Position numbers and translations under genes: made by a program
Shown: positions 1 to 19,300 of the stretch, one piece after another
Numbering within the stretch: the first letter of the stretch is position 1
Layout of the letters: every line of letters starts with the position of its first letter
NCBI GenBank assembly: GCA_963920595.1
Contig: OY986946.1
Coordinates: 6,944,001 to 7,008,000, forward strand
Length of the DNA stretch: 64,000 nt
From: Eimeria praecox
Taxonomy: Eukaryota
Direction of reading: 5' to 3'
Notes under the pieces: generated by a model
Databases searched by the model: none
Told to the model about the DNA's origin: nothing
Seen by the model: the letters and a program-made list of their open reading frames with translations, nothing else

Positions 1-14
1 CGACGCGTTTGAAG

Positions 15-5752
<5,738 letters not shown>

Positions 5753-6300
5753 ACCCTAAACCCTAAACCCTAAACCCTAAACCCTAAACCCTAATTTCTT
5801 TTCTAAACCTTTCTTAACCCTCCTTTTTGTTTGTTCGTCGTATCTATCAGCAACTTGAAACCCTCAAACACTATCTGCAGAAACCCAACCCTAAACCCTA
5901 AACCCTAGAAACCCTAAACCCTAGAAACCCTAAACCCTAGAAACCCTAAACCCTAAAAACCCTAAACCCTAGAAACCCTAGAAACCCTAAACCCTAAACC
6001 CTTAGGAGTATTTCCTAAATGGGAGATTTTGTGTAAATGGCTAGTATTTCTAGATTAAAATAATATTTTTAATTTTGATGAAGAGTATGAAAGATATAAT
6101 AAATATAAACAAACTAAAATACAGCCTGCACCCTACAACACTACACTGTAGTATATGAGCGAGGATGCAGGCATATTAAAGATTCTAAATAATAAGTATA
6201 CAGGCCTCTCAATAAACAAGGGGAGAGACTGTTCACAAACAACAAACATATCTGTATGCATGCATCCATCCATGCATGCATGCAGACATGTATGTTTGTT

Positions 6301-6347
<47 letters not shown>

Positions 6348-6686
6348 TATATTAGTTAGTATGTTAGTATGTAAGCTGCTGCAGCTAAAGCGACTTCAAT
6401 GAAGTCGTATATATAAATAAACTTCTTCGCATATCCTTTTAAATATACACTCGTATTAACGTATGCATGCACATTAATCGTATGTACACTGCGGGGAGTA
6501 CGTGCTGTTGCTGCTGCTGCTGCTGCTGCAGCTGCTGCAGCTGCTGCTGTTGCTGCTGCTGCAGCAGCAGCAACAGCAGCAGAAGCAGGGCATGCATAGA
6601 TGGATAAGTGTTAAGTAATAATAATCCTAACTAAATAATTTTAAGCGCTCAGATTAACAAATAGAAATAGATAAAAGAAGGGCGCC

Positions 6687-6724
<38 letters not shown>

Positions 6725-7174
6725 CAAATAAACATCAAATAGGCTGCATTCATACATATATCACACTCTTCTGGGGTGTATAGGCAGCTGCTAAACTTGA
6801 AAATGACGAAAAACCCCTAAGGAAAAATGCATGTACTCTTCCTTCAATATAAATATAAATATTAAATATAAATATAAATATAAATATAAATTTAAACTTA
6901 ACATGAATATAATTTATTTAATATAAATATAAATATAAATATATATTTAAATATATATATAAATATATATACAAAGTACATGCATGCTGCAATTATGTAT
7001 GCATACAAACACCGCTCTGACGCCTGCGAAGGCTGCGCGGCTGCGGTGTACGTACACCCGAAGGGAGAAGAATAAGAAAAACAAAAGAAATATAAACAAG
7101 CCATAGATATATTTAATGATATTCAATAACAAGCAGCACGGCGGATCCGCAGAGACACCCCTTCAACTGCACAT

Positions 7175-7233
<59 letters not shown>

Positions 7234-7515
7234 AGAAAGAGAGAGAGGAAGAAAGAAGAGAGAAGGAGACAAAAGATAGTAATAATGTTATATACAAAAC
7301 AAAATAGACAAAATCTCGTATATATATAATATATATATAATAATATATAATAATATAATATATAATAATATATAATAATATATAATATATAATAATATAT
7401 AATAAATAATAAATAATATAATCTATCTCTCTAACTCTACACAAAAAGAATAAATGACGAAATTCGAAATACTATTTATTATTATTACACATACAACTAT
7501 GCTGCAGCAGACTAA

Positions 7516-7611
<96 letters not shown>

Positions 7612-7980
7612 AAATATTTTAAACAACACAAATTAACTCTAATCACTCCACTCACCAGCGGCACACAAGCGGGGCCGTCAACTCAAATATGAACAAATAA
7701 ATACATGCAGCAGCAGCAGCAGCAGCAGCTGCTGCTGCTGCTGCTGCTGCTGCTTGTCCTTGGATTGTGCGTACAGGTACACCCCACATAACAAGATTCA
7801 CAAGACACCTTAGCAAGACTGCTTGCTGCTGCTGTTTCTGCTGCTGCTGCTGTTTCTGCTGCTGCTGCTGTCTCTGCTGCTGCAGCAGCTCATGCTGGAT
7901 CGCCTCTCCCCTGAGCTTCTGCTGCTGCTGCTGCTGTCAGCTGCTGCTGTCAGCTGCTGCTGCTGCTGCTGCTGCTGCTA

Positions 7981-8122
7981 TCAGCCGCTGCTGCTGTGAA
8001 GCAGGAACCTACTAAGCTCACTGAGCGAAGGGAGGGGCCCCTGCTGCTGCTGCCGCAAGAACGTAGCTGCATCAACATATCCTGAGCAAGCTAGCAGGCT
8101 GCCCTGAGCGTCTCCGAGCCTA

Positions 8123-8159
<37 letters not shown>

Positions 8160-8245
8160 CCTGCTGCAGCTGTGGGTGCTGCTCCAGCAGTGACAACAGC
8201 TGCTGCTGCTGCAGGGAGGCGTTAGAAGCAGGGGCCAGCGGCTGC

Positions 8246-8280
<35 letters not shown>

Positions 8281-8340
8281 TTGCTGCACGTTGGCGTCAA
8301 GTAGCAAAGTCGGAGCTGCTGCAGCAACAAGCTGCTGAAT

Positions 8341-8383
<43 letters not shown>

Positions 8384-8706
8384 ACTGCTCGGCCGCATGC
8401 AGCAGCAATAGCTGCAGCAGGGGGCTGCTGCGCGGGTGAGCCTATCATAGCGCTGCCGACAAGCAGCTCGTGTAGCTGCTGCTGTAACTGCTGCTGTAGC
8501 TGCTGCTGCTGCTGCTGCTGCTCCAATGGCGTTGTGGAAGACACCGCACTCTCCACCTGCTGCAGCCGCTGCTGCTGCGGTTGCTGCTGCTGCTGCTGTG
8601 GTTTCTGCTGCTGCTGCTGCGGTTGTTGCTGCTGCTGCTGTTGCTGCAGCGCAGTTGCGAATACCCCCACAAATTTCTGGAATGCTCCATGCAAGTCCCA
8701 CATCTC

Positions 8707-8737
<31 letters not shown>

Positions 8738-8875
8738 AGCTGCTGCTGCTGCAGGAGCTGCTGCACTTGCTGCAGGGGTTCTTGCTTTAGCTGCTGCTGC
8801 TGTACTCCTGAGCCGTTCGAAGCAGCACAGATATTTGGGGCCGCCATGGGCTGTGCTTCAGCTGAATGCTGCTGC

Positions 8876-8907
<32 letters not shown>

Positions 8908-9038
8908 TTGCTGCTGCTGCTGAGAGAGAGCTGCTAGCTGCAGCAGCGTGATGAAGTTCGTATACACCAGAGATGTAACGACAGACGAAAGGCCCCCCAT
9001 CCGCAGCAGACCTTGGCTAGCCAGCTCCTCCTCGCCTG

Positions 9039-9089
<51 letters not shown>

Positions 9090-9231
9090 GTTCCTGCTGC
9101 TGCTCTGTTGCTATCGAGGCCTTGCATGCAGCAAGAGTGGATTCGCACGAGCCCATCAGCTTCTCCCAAAGACCGCTCGGATTAAACTGCTGCTGCTGCT
9201 GTTGCTGCTGCTGTTGATCCGCCTCCTGCAC

Positions 9232-9262
<31 letters not shown>

Positions 9263-9419
9263 AGGGCAGGGAAAGCAGCAGCAAGAGAAGACTGCGAAGC
9301 TGCTGCTGCTGCTGCAACGAGCCCAACAGCCTGCCGCATATACACTGACAGATCTAGCGGCATCAACAAGTTAGTAGTGGCTCCACCAGCAGACACTGCT
9401 GCTGCTGCAGCTCCCTTGC

Positions 9420-9459
<40 letters not shown>

Positions 9460-9506
9460 ATGTAACTGCTGCTTCGTCCTGCAGCCTGGAATCTGCTGCT
9501 GTCCCT

Positions 9507-9537
<31 letters not shown>

Positions 9538-9617
9538 CTGCTGATGCAAAGGCATCAAGGAGCTGACTTGGGTGCTGCTAGAGCTCAAGAGGCGGCAGCA
9601 AACACCGCGGGATCTAG

Positions 9618-9651
<34 letters not shown>

Positions 9652-10123
9652 CTCCCCTGCTTTGTCCCCCGACTGCAGCAAAGAACTGCTGCCAGCTAAT
9701 CCATTCGCTGGCGCTGCATCTCCTGCTGCTGCAGTCGTTGCTGCTGCTGCTGTCCGCTGCTGTGAGCCTACACTCGCTTCTGCTGCAGCTGATGTTGCTG
9801 CTGCTGCTGATGCTGCTGCTGCTGATGTTGCTGCTGCTGCTGATGTTGCTGCTGCTGCTGCTGGCATGTTGAGCATGGCGGCGAGATCCTCTTCGAGAGA
9901 ATTTGGCTGTCCCCCCAGACCCCGACCCAGGGCCCCTTTAAGGGGGCCCCGGGGCCCAGCAGCAGCAGCAGCTGCTGCTGCAGCAGCAGCAGCAGCAGCT
10001 GCTGCTGCTGCTGCTGCTGCAGAGCCACTACAACCGTTAGACAGCTGCAGCGGCGCCTGCAGTCTGAAGAAGCTCTGCGAGCAGCTCGGGCATCCCCAAC
10101 CCTCGCACAACCCACATGAAGCA

Positions 10124-10154
<31 letters not shown>

Positions 10155-10164
10155 CCTGCTGGCC

Positions 10165-10200
<36 letters not shown>

Positions 10201-10299
10201 TGGATGGTGCTGCTTCTGCTGCTGCTGCTGCCGCCTCCGCAAGGCGCTCAACGCCTGAGCCGCACAGTCCCTGAAGAACTGCTCCAACACCGTCACCTC

Positions 10300-10336
<37 letters not shown>

Positions 10337-10979
10337 CTGTGTATGGCAGACAGCTTACGCTCTGCAGCAGGAGACACTAACCCCTTGCTGCTGCTGCTGC
10401 TGCTGCTGCTGTTGCTGTTCCATCGAGTGTCTGAGGCCGTCTTGCCTTTCCGTGTCTTGCTGCAGCTGTTGCTGTCGCTGAGACAGCAGCTGTCGCTGCT
10501 GCTGCTGCTGCTCAGCTGCTGCTGCTGCAGCGGCGAAAGCCCACTACCATCGCTCGATGCCCCTGCCTCGCAGTCCGCCCCTAAGAGCACAAACCCCAAA
10601 CCCTAAACCCTAAACCCTAAACCCTAAACCCTAAACCCTAAACCCTAAACCTTTTTAATCGCTTCACTACTACCTCTCTCAGGGGTATGAATCTTGCTGG
10701 TGTTTGCTGCTAGCGGATCAGGGTTTAGGGTTTACGGTTTAGGGTTTAGGGTTTAGGGTTTTATCTCACAGTCGAGTGAAGAGTCCTGCTGCGCTGCTGT
10801 CGCTTTCTGCTGCGATACAAGCAGCAACAGCTGCTGTTGCTGTTGCTGCAGCAACAGCTGTTGCTGCTGCAGCGGGAGTTGCTGTATCTGTAGCTGCTGC
10901 AGCAGCAGCTGCTGCTGCTGCTGGCGCTGAGTCCTCGATGCATTCTGCTGCTCTTTGCTGCGACACGCCGGAGCAGCAG

Positions 10980-11011
<32 letters not shown>

Positions 11012-13565
11012 TCAGTGCAGCGCCTCTTTCCTGGGCGCTGGTCTGCTGCTGCTGCCTCTCGCAGTTGCTGCTGCTGGCCTCTGTTGCCTTTGCTGCTGCT
11101 GCTGCTACCAAGCCCTGGTCCCTGCTGCTGCTGCTGCTGCTGCTGCACCTGTTGCGCCTGCTGCTGCTGCTGCTGCTGCTGCTCCCCTTCCACACCTTCA
11201 CCGCGACGACCCCACGCAGTCGGCAGCCGCCCATGCAGCTGCAGCAGCAACAGCCAAGCCAACCACAAATATAACTAAACCCTGAACCCTAAACCCTAAA
11301 CCCTAAACCCTAGACCCTTGGCCTGATCTGAAAATATCTGAAGAAGGCATGAGCTCTCTCTCTTGCCTCCTCAAACCCTAAACCCTAAACCCTAGACCCT
11401 AAACCCTAGACCCTAAACCCTAACCCCTAAACCCTAGACCCTAAACTGACTTGTATGTATTTAATGAATGCATGAGCTCTCTCTCTTGCTTTCTCAAAGC
11501 CTAAACCCTAAACCCTAAACCCTAGACCCTAAACCCTAGACCCCAAACATTAAACCCTAAACCCTAGACCCTAAACTGACTTGTATGTATTTAATGAATG
11601 CATGAGCTCTCTCTCTTGCTTTCTCAAAGCCTAAACCCTAAACCCTAAACCCTAGACCCTAAACCCTAGACCCTAAACATTAAACCCTAAACCCTAGACC
11701 CTAAACTGACTTGTATGTATTTAATGAATGCATGAGCTCTCTCTCTTGCTTTCTCAAAGCCTAAACCCTAAACCCTAAACCCTAGACCCTAAACCCTAGA
11801 CCCCAAACATTAAACCCTAAACCCTAGACCCTAAACTGACTTGTATGTATTTAATGAATGCATGAGCTCTCTCTCTTGCTTTCTCAAAGCCTAAACCCTA
11901 AACCCTAAACCCTAGACCCTAAACCCTAGACCCTAAACATTAAACCCTAAACCCTAGACCCTAAACTGACTTGTATGTATTTAATGAATGCATGAGCTCT
12001 CTCTCTTGCTTTCTCAAAGCCTAAACCCTAAACCCTAAACCCTAGACCCTAAACCCTAGACCCTAAACATTAAACCCTAAACCCTAGACCCTAAACTGAC
12101 TTGTATGTATTTAATGAATGCATGAGCTCTCTCTCTTGCTTTCTCAAAGCCTAAACCCTAAACCCTAAACCCTAGACCCTAAACCCTAGACCCTAAACAT
12201 TAAACCCTAAACCCTAGACCCTAAACTGACTTGTATGTATTTAATGAATGCATGAGCTCTCTCTCTTGCTTTCTCAAAGCCTAAACCCTAAACCCTAAAC
12301 CCTAGACCCTAAACCCTAGACCCTAAACATTAAACCCTAAACCCTAGACCCTAAACTGACTTGTATGTATTTAATGAATGCATGAGCTCTCTCTCTTGCT
12401 TTCTCAAAGCCTAAACCCTAAACCCTAAACCCTAGACCCTAAACCCTAGACCCCAAACATTAAACCCTAAACCCTAGACCCTAAACTGACTTGTATGTAT
12501 TTAATGAATGCATGAGCTCTCTCTCTTGCTTTCTCAAAGCCTAAACCCTAAACCCTAAACCCTAGACCCTAAACCCTAGACCCTAAACATTAAACCCTAA
12601 ACCCTAGACCCTAAACTGACTTGTATGTATTTAATGAATGCATGAGCTCTCTCTCTTGCTTTCTCAAAGCCTAAACCCTAAACCCTAAACCCTAGACCCT
12701 AAACCCTAGACCCCAAACATTAAACCCTAAACCCTAGACCCTAAACTGACTTGTATGTATTTAATGAATGCATGAGCTCTCTCTCTTGCTTTCTCAAAGC
12801 CTAAACCCTAAACCCTAAACCCTAGACCCTAAACCCTAGACCCTAAACATTAAACCCTAAACCCTAGACCCTAAACTGACTTGTATGTATTTAATGAATG
12901 CATGAGCTCTCTCTCTTGCTTTCTCAAAGCCTAAACCCTAAACCCTAAACCCTAGACCCTAAACCCTAGACCCTAAACATTAAACCCTAAACCCTAGACC
13001 CTAAACTGACTTGTATGTATTTAATGAATGCATGAGCTCTCTCTCTTGCTTTCTCAAAGCCTAAACCCTAAACCCTAAACCCTAGACCCTAAACCCTAGA
13101 CCCTAAACATTAAACCCTAAACCCTAGACCCTAAACTGACTTGTATGTATTTAATGAATGCATGAGCTCTCTCTCTTGCTTTCTCAAAGCCTAAACCCTA
13201 AACCCTAAACCCTAGACCCTAAACCCTAGACCCTAAACATTAAACCCTAAACCCTAGACCCTAAACTGACTTGTATGTATTTAATGAATGCATGAGCTCT
13301 CTCTCTTGCTTTCTCAAAGCCGTAGAGTTTGGCGCTGAACGTCCGCATGCATCTCTTCGGCCCCACATAAAAACGAGCTCGCCACTCCTACACACACCAT
13401 ACACCCCAAACCCTAAACCCTAAACCCTAAACCCTAAACCCTAAACCCTAAACCCTAGATGGCTGACTGTAGGTGAGCCATCACAAAACCAGCATCAGCC
13501 ACACCGAAGAGGACGCATCAACAGACGCCAGAGGCCGTAAAACGAACAAGCAGCAACAGCAGCAA

Positions 13566-13597
<32 letters not shown>

Positions 13598-14082
13598 GCA
13601 GCAAATGTACCTGCTTGTCTGCATGATATGAGGCGTTGTTATTCCCCGTGTGTATGCGCGGGCTGTTGGAGCCTTGTGCAGCAGCTGCTGCTGGCGAGGA
13701 CCTACGTGGTGGTCTGCTGCTGCGTCGCAGCAGCACCCGCCGCTGCTGCTGCTCCTGCTGCTGCTCCTGCTGCTGCTCTTCCTCCTGCTGCTGCTGCTCC
13801 TGCTGCTCCTCCTGCTGCTGCTCCTGCTGCTCTGCCAATGCCTGCTGCTCTTCGTTCGACGGCTCCTGCTCCTGCTGCTCCTCATGAAGGCCAGACAGCT
13901 GAGATCCTGCTGCTGCTGCTGCTGCTGCTGCTGCGGGTGCTGCCTTTGCTGCTGCTGAATGCAAGCCTTGCTGCTCCTGTTGCTGCTGTTCCTGCTGCTG
14001 CTGCTGCTGTTGCTGCTGCTGCGACCTACACCGCCCTTCTGAGCTATCTCCCAAAGACAGCGGCGGCAGCAACTCCAGTGAA

Positions 14083-14115
<33 letters not shown>

Positions 14116-14618
14116 CTTTCTCGCTCATCAGCTGAAGCGCATGCAGTACTTTCTGCTGCTGTTGCCCCCGCAGCAGCAGCAGCAGCAGCAGCAGCTTCTG
14201 ACTGCTTTGCAGCGCCGCCAGCAGTAAACAGGGCGGAAGGCCCAGCCTTAGTTGCGGCTGTCGCAGCAGCAGCAGCTGCTGCCGCTGCTGTTGCTGTTGC
14301 AGCAGCAGCAGCAGCAGCAGGTTTTTGATACTGTTGAACCACACTCTCCTCTTCTCCTCTTTTCTGCTGCTGCTGCTCCTTCGCCTTCTTAAGTGGAGGC
14401 AGTCCAAGCTCGAGGCCCGCCTCAGACACATTTAAATTTGGTGCTGCTGCCTTCAGTATCGGTGTAGCTGCTGCTGCTGAATTCGCTGCTGCTGCTGCTG
14501 CTGCTACTGCAGCAGCAGCAGCAACCACGCCAGAAGACAGCGCCGCCGCACGCCTCACTTCCTCAACAGCAGCAGGACAAGAAGAGGAGTCTGCTGCAGC
14601 ATTTGTAGGCTCCGCATT

Positions 14619-14651
<33 letters not shown>

Positions 14652-14849
14652 TGCTGCTGGTGGTGCTGCTGGATCTGCTGCTGCAGTGTCTGTTTCTGCT
14701 GTTGCTGCTGCTGTTTCTTCGTTTTTGTCTGCTGCAGCAAGCATAGCTGCATACACCTCAATTTCTGTTTGTGTGGGGACAACACCTTCTGCTGAGACGC
14801 GCTGTCTATACCACAGAGCCAACGCATGCGCTATCTCAGCCCCGAAAGT

Positions 14850-14887
<38 letters not shown>

Positions 14888-15193
14888 GCAGCAGCAACAG
14901 CAGTTAATGCGCATGCAAGGTAGCAACAATACAAGAAGGGAACTTAGAAACAAATCAGAAAAAAATATGATGATGAAGAAACAGCGACAAAAACAAAAAC
15001 AAACAAAATAAACAAAATAAACAAAATAAACAAAATAAGCAAAACAAACAAAATAAACAAAATAAACAAAACAAACAAAGTAAACAAAATAAACAAAATA
15101 AACAAAATAAACAAAAAAGATAGAAAGAAATAAAACAAAAGCAAATAAAAGAGTGGAACAACAAACAAATACTAAACAAGAATAAATACAAAC

Positions 15194-15292
<99 letters not shown>

Positions 15293-15611
15293 ACAAACAG
15301 AGGCTAATTAGTAAATACCTGAGCAGAAAATGTTGTGCAGTGTACAGCTCCTCCACAGCGATACTTAACCCTCCACTCCTGCGGTGTACGTACACCACAA
15401 AACAAACTAAACAAGATAGCCCTTGCAGCAGCAGGAGGATCGACAGCTAGTAGCAGCAAAGCAGCAGCAGTAGCAGCAGCAGCAGCTGCTGCTGCTGCTG
15501 CTTGCTGCAAACGTCAGCGGGCAGAAGCAACTCCTTGACATCTGCCAGCAACGTCAGCAGCAAAAACAGCGACAGCAGCAACAGCAGCAGCAGCAGCAAC
15601 AGCAACAGCAG

Positions 15612-15646
<35 letters not shown>

Positions 15647-15665
15647 ACAGCAGCAGCAGCAACAG

Positions 15666-15697
<32 letters not shown>

Positions 15698-15819
15698 AGT
15701 GTCTGACTTGTGTCTGGGGTCGATAGTGAAGAGACTTAGGGAGGAGAGTTGGCTTCTTCAGAGAGAAAATCGTCTTAGATCCTCGGCTACTATCGAGCTG
15801 CTGCTGCTGCTGCTGCTGC

Positions 15820-15851
<32 letters not shown>

Positions 15852-15980
15852 TTGCTGCTGCTGCTGTTGGTGCTGCTGTCCATCCTGGGGCCGTTTCTCC
15901 ACATGGGCTTCACCCTCCTCATGTTCAACGGCGTGTTCCTGCTGCTGCTGCTGCTGCTGCTGTTGCTGCTGCTGTTGCTC

Positions 15981-16016
<36 letters not shown>

Positions 16017-16073
16017 TCCTCCTTTCCCCTCAGGGAGAGAAGCAGCAACAACTGCCAGCGTCGGGCCTTTCAT
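7981..16073 (-). CDS. ApiAP2 transcription factor with two AP2 domains, Q/A/S homopolymer-rich, ~1,600 aa (start uncertain)
   Basis: Exons 16073-15708, 15378-15319, 14849-13611, 13387-13271, 11238-10770, 10580-7981, all GT-AG and phase-consistent. Spliced domain 1: LHYRPQTQ|EWRVKYRCGGAVHCTTFSAQ|TFGAEIAHALALWYR. Spliced domain 2: SYHADKQ|EWRARFYVGPKRCMRTFSAKLYGFEKARERAHAFIKYIQ|LHGRLP. Both fit the ApiAP2 pattern (W-x-A/V...FS...(Y/F)G...A...A). An in-frame stop near 16182 bounds the frame upstream, so further upstream exons cannot be excluded. Confidence 0.82.
11378..13320. repeat. 130-bp tandem satellite, 15 copies: 50-nt AP2 exon end + donor site + telomere-like heptamers
   Basis: The core ttgtatgtat...ttctcaaagc starts at 11451, 11581, 11711 and so on up to 13271, with exact 130 periodicity. 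The cores are identical. Spacers differ mainly by ccccaaacat versus ccctaaacat, and the distal spacer differs slightly more. Confidence 0.98.
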
Positions 16074-16316
16074 CTTGCGGCTGCTCCTCAGCAGTATGAA
16101 GATAGTTGAACTGCCATCGATAAGTGCTGCTGCTGCTGCTGCTGCTGCTGCAGCGGCTGCAGCTGCTGCTCCTGGGGGGTTCTACTTTTGCCGTTGCTGC
16201 TGCTACTTCTGGTGCTGCTGCTGCTGCTAATGTCTCTGTTGCTGTTGCTCTTATTACTACTACTACTGTTGCTACTACAATAAATGCTGCTGGTGGTCTT
16301 GCTGCTTACGTCTCCT

Positions 16317-16353
<37 letters not shown>

Positions 16354-19300
16354 GGGCCCTGCGGGTTCTATAGAAGCAGCCAAAGGTATGAGTGTTTAGG
16401 AGAAGAACAAATGAAGGGGAAGTTGAAACGATAAAACTGCAGCAGGAGATGCTGCTGCTGCTCCTGCTGCTGCTGTTGCTGCTACTGCTGCTGCTACCGT
16501 TGTTGTTGTTGCTGCTGCTGTTGCTGCTGCTGTTGCTGTTGCTGCTGCTACAGTTGTTGTTGTTATTGCTGCTGCTGCAGCTGTTAACTAACCAACCTTG
16601 ACGGGCGCCTCCTACGAGTGTTGGAGTTAGACTGCGTGCTCGGTGTATGTCTTCTGAAGGAGAGGAAGATAGTAACAGAATAAGCTGCAGCAGATTGGTG
16701 GTGGTGGTGCTGCTGCTGCAGTGCTGCAGCTGCTGCTGTCGTGCTGCTGCTGCCTTTCGTACTTACTGCCTCCTTCGATGGCCTGGTGTGCTCGTGAAGG
16801 AGGAGACGGAGCTCAGCACGGGGGGAATCGCGTTAACTACATTAAATGAAAGAGAAAACGTAGGCGCATTGCAAAATATAATTAAATAGAAAAACACAAA
16901 GAAACGCCAATCATCACAAAAGAAGATATATTTATTTGATGGGGGGCGTTGGTTGTGTAAGCTGCTCGGTAACCGACGTCCTTCGGGTGTACATACACCT
17001 ACACGTTAACATCTGTATAATATATAAATACAACCCCAATTCCTTGTTATCATCTACCCTACGCTTTAAATATGTTTTTTTTTCTATTATATTCAATTTA
17101 ATTCAATTATTACAAGTAGAAACACATCTATTAAATGTTTATATATACATATACAGCACTCTTATACGGCTCCCCCCGGGGCCGCGCCCCTACATCGCCC
17201 GTGCGATACGGGGGGAATCGAGGCCGCTGACTTCTTTGATTTTCTACTTTTTATAATTTAATGTATTAATTTAAATTAAAATATACTCAAAAGCAACAGA
17301 AATTGCCTGATGCTGGCCCTGAACACACACGTCAGGGGGGAAGAGTGCAGCAGAATCTCTTGACCTTAACGAAGGATTGCTGTTAGCTACAAACGAAAAA
17401 AAAATATAGTACAGAATAATTATACTAAGGAGATTATCTTCCTGTGGGGAGGGGGGGCATACGGGGCAATCTCTGCCTGGTGCCCTGAGGGTCTTCGATT
17501 GCATTAGAGGAGCCTCGAGAGGTATACAAGTCACCACACTTAACACAGTAGTTGAGAAGAGAGTTGCAGACCTGCCGTACATTCTCCCAGCATCCTGGGC
17601 ACAACAGTCTAAGGGCATGAGGATGATGTGGAGGAGAGGGGGCTCGCCGTAAGTGAGGGGCTCCTCCTACTACTAGGAGGGGGACTGATGAGGCCCCCTC
17701 TTTATGCATGCACTAACACAGCAATTGTTGAACACTCAATATCCCATCAGCAAGCAATCTGTACATAAGAAGGAATATAAATAGCCATTGGAGGCATAGA
17801 GGGACTTGCCCGAAGGGCTAAGTGTGTTTCTACTGGCATGCAGGCTGTTTACTGATCAGCAAGCAAATGCTTTAAAATTGTCTACAGTATTGGTGCATGC
17901 AACGAAAAAGGTTTGGGTGCGCATGCATGCGGGGCTGTCCTATAGCAGCAGCGGCAGCTAATGATGAACCTCCTCCCTTCTGCTGCAGCCCCGCCAGGCC
18001 CCACGTTTGTTGTGTGTTTAGAAGCCCGAATACTGCAGGATAGCTCAAAAGCTCTCTTCGGAAATAGTACCTGACATCAATGAAAGTATATATACGTATG
18101 CACACATAGCAGAACAGTTGTACACAAACAATTTCTGCTCGCCCCACTTCAAGACCCGCTAAGCGTTCACACGCTTGTAGCCGCCGCTGCTGAGTCAACG
18201 AGGGCTCGCAGATGTTTCCTGAGGAAGTGTTGGGGCTATCAATCGTCTGATGGTGGCTGAGTTGTTGAGATTGTGGATGTTTAAATTAATATCTTAGTTT
18301 TCTATGGCATATGGGAGCCGTTCAATAAGCCTTTAGGATTTTACTGTCCTCCTCTGCTTATTCTCCTAATGACGTTGATGTCGTTTGATAGGGAGAAAGT
18401 CCGAGGAATTTCCGGTGATTCCCTGAGTAGCGTTTGACACACTGGATTTGTTTTATGGTGGGGCTTCCACGTTGTGTGTTAGCGTACGATGTAGGCCAAC
18501 GTCCTATCAGCTAGTTAACACAAAATGAGGCTCCCAAACACACGGGGAAATTCATCGTAGAGAGTACAAATCTGGTAAAACCAACTTAGGTAGGTAACTC
18601 ATAGATGCTGAACATCGTTTGGCTTATCTTCTGACATGACGTTCCTGTGTCTTCTACACATAATCCCGAGCTGCCGCAAGCTCTGTATAGGAGAAGACAA
18701 ATGCGAGAGGACGACACTACCCTCAAACAGCCACATTTAGCGTAGGGTTTAGCAGCGGCTCTTCGATGGCCGGGAAGCAAGAGAACAACGTATCAAATAC
18801 TGCACTGTTATACTGTCAAGTTCATTCCACACAGGTGCGGAAATCAAGCCAGTTTGATGAATGTCGCTAGATAGAGTAACTGTCTGTGCAGCAAACAGCC
18901 ACAATAAACGCATGCACCCAACAAACCCTTGTGCACTGTTTGGTGCATGCGTTCATTTTGACTCTCTACCTCCGGATAGTTGCCTATATTCATTTTATTT
19001 TCGGGTTTAAACCTTGTCAGAAATTCACGCCCAAAGGTGAAAACAAACTTCGGGGGTCCCCGTCAGTCAGTAACGAAGGTGATCCGAAAACTTTGGAAAT
19101 TTCAATCTATTTGCTCCAACTCAATCCAAAGAGAAGATGAAGCGGGCATGTTTGCTGAGGGTACATGCAACTGCATGTACCCTCAGCAAACATGCTCGCA
19201 TGGTCTGATAGGTGATATACACTCTCCTTTTTAATATATCCGCCCAGATCCGTTTAAGATACGGAAGTTTGTGCTAGAGACTGACTTTGAATATGTTCCT

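Noticed and set aside
11378..13320. CRISPR-like repeat-spacer array
   Set aside because: Spacers are near-identical telomeric DNA, the host is eukaryotic, and no cas genes are present.
8091..16601. Many overlapping poly-A/C/L/S ORFs
   Set aside because: They are alternative frames and antisense of CAG runs within or beside the AP2 gene.
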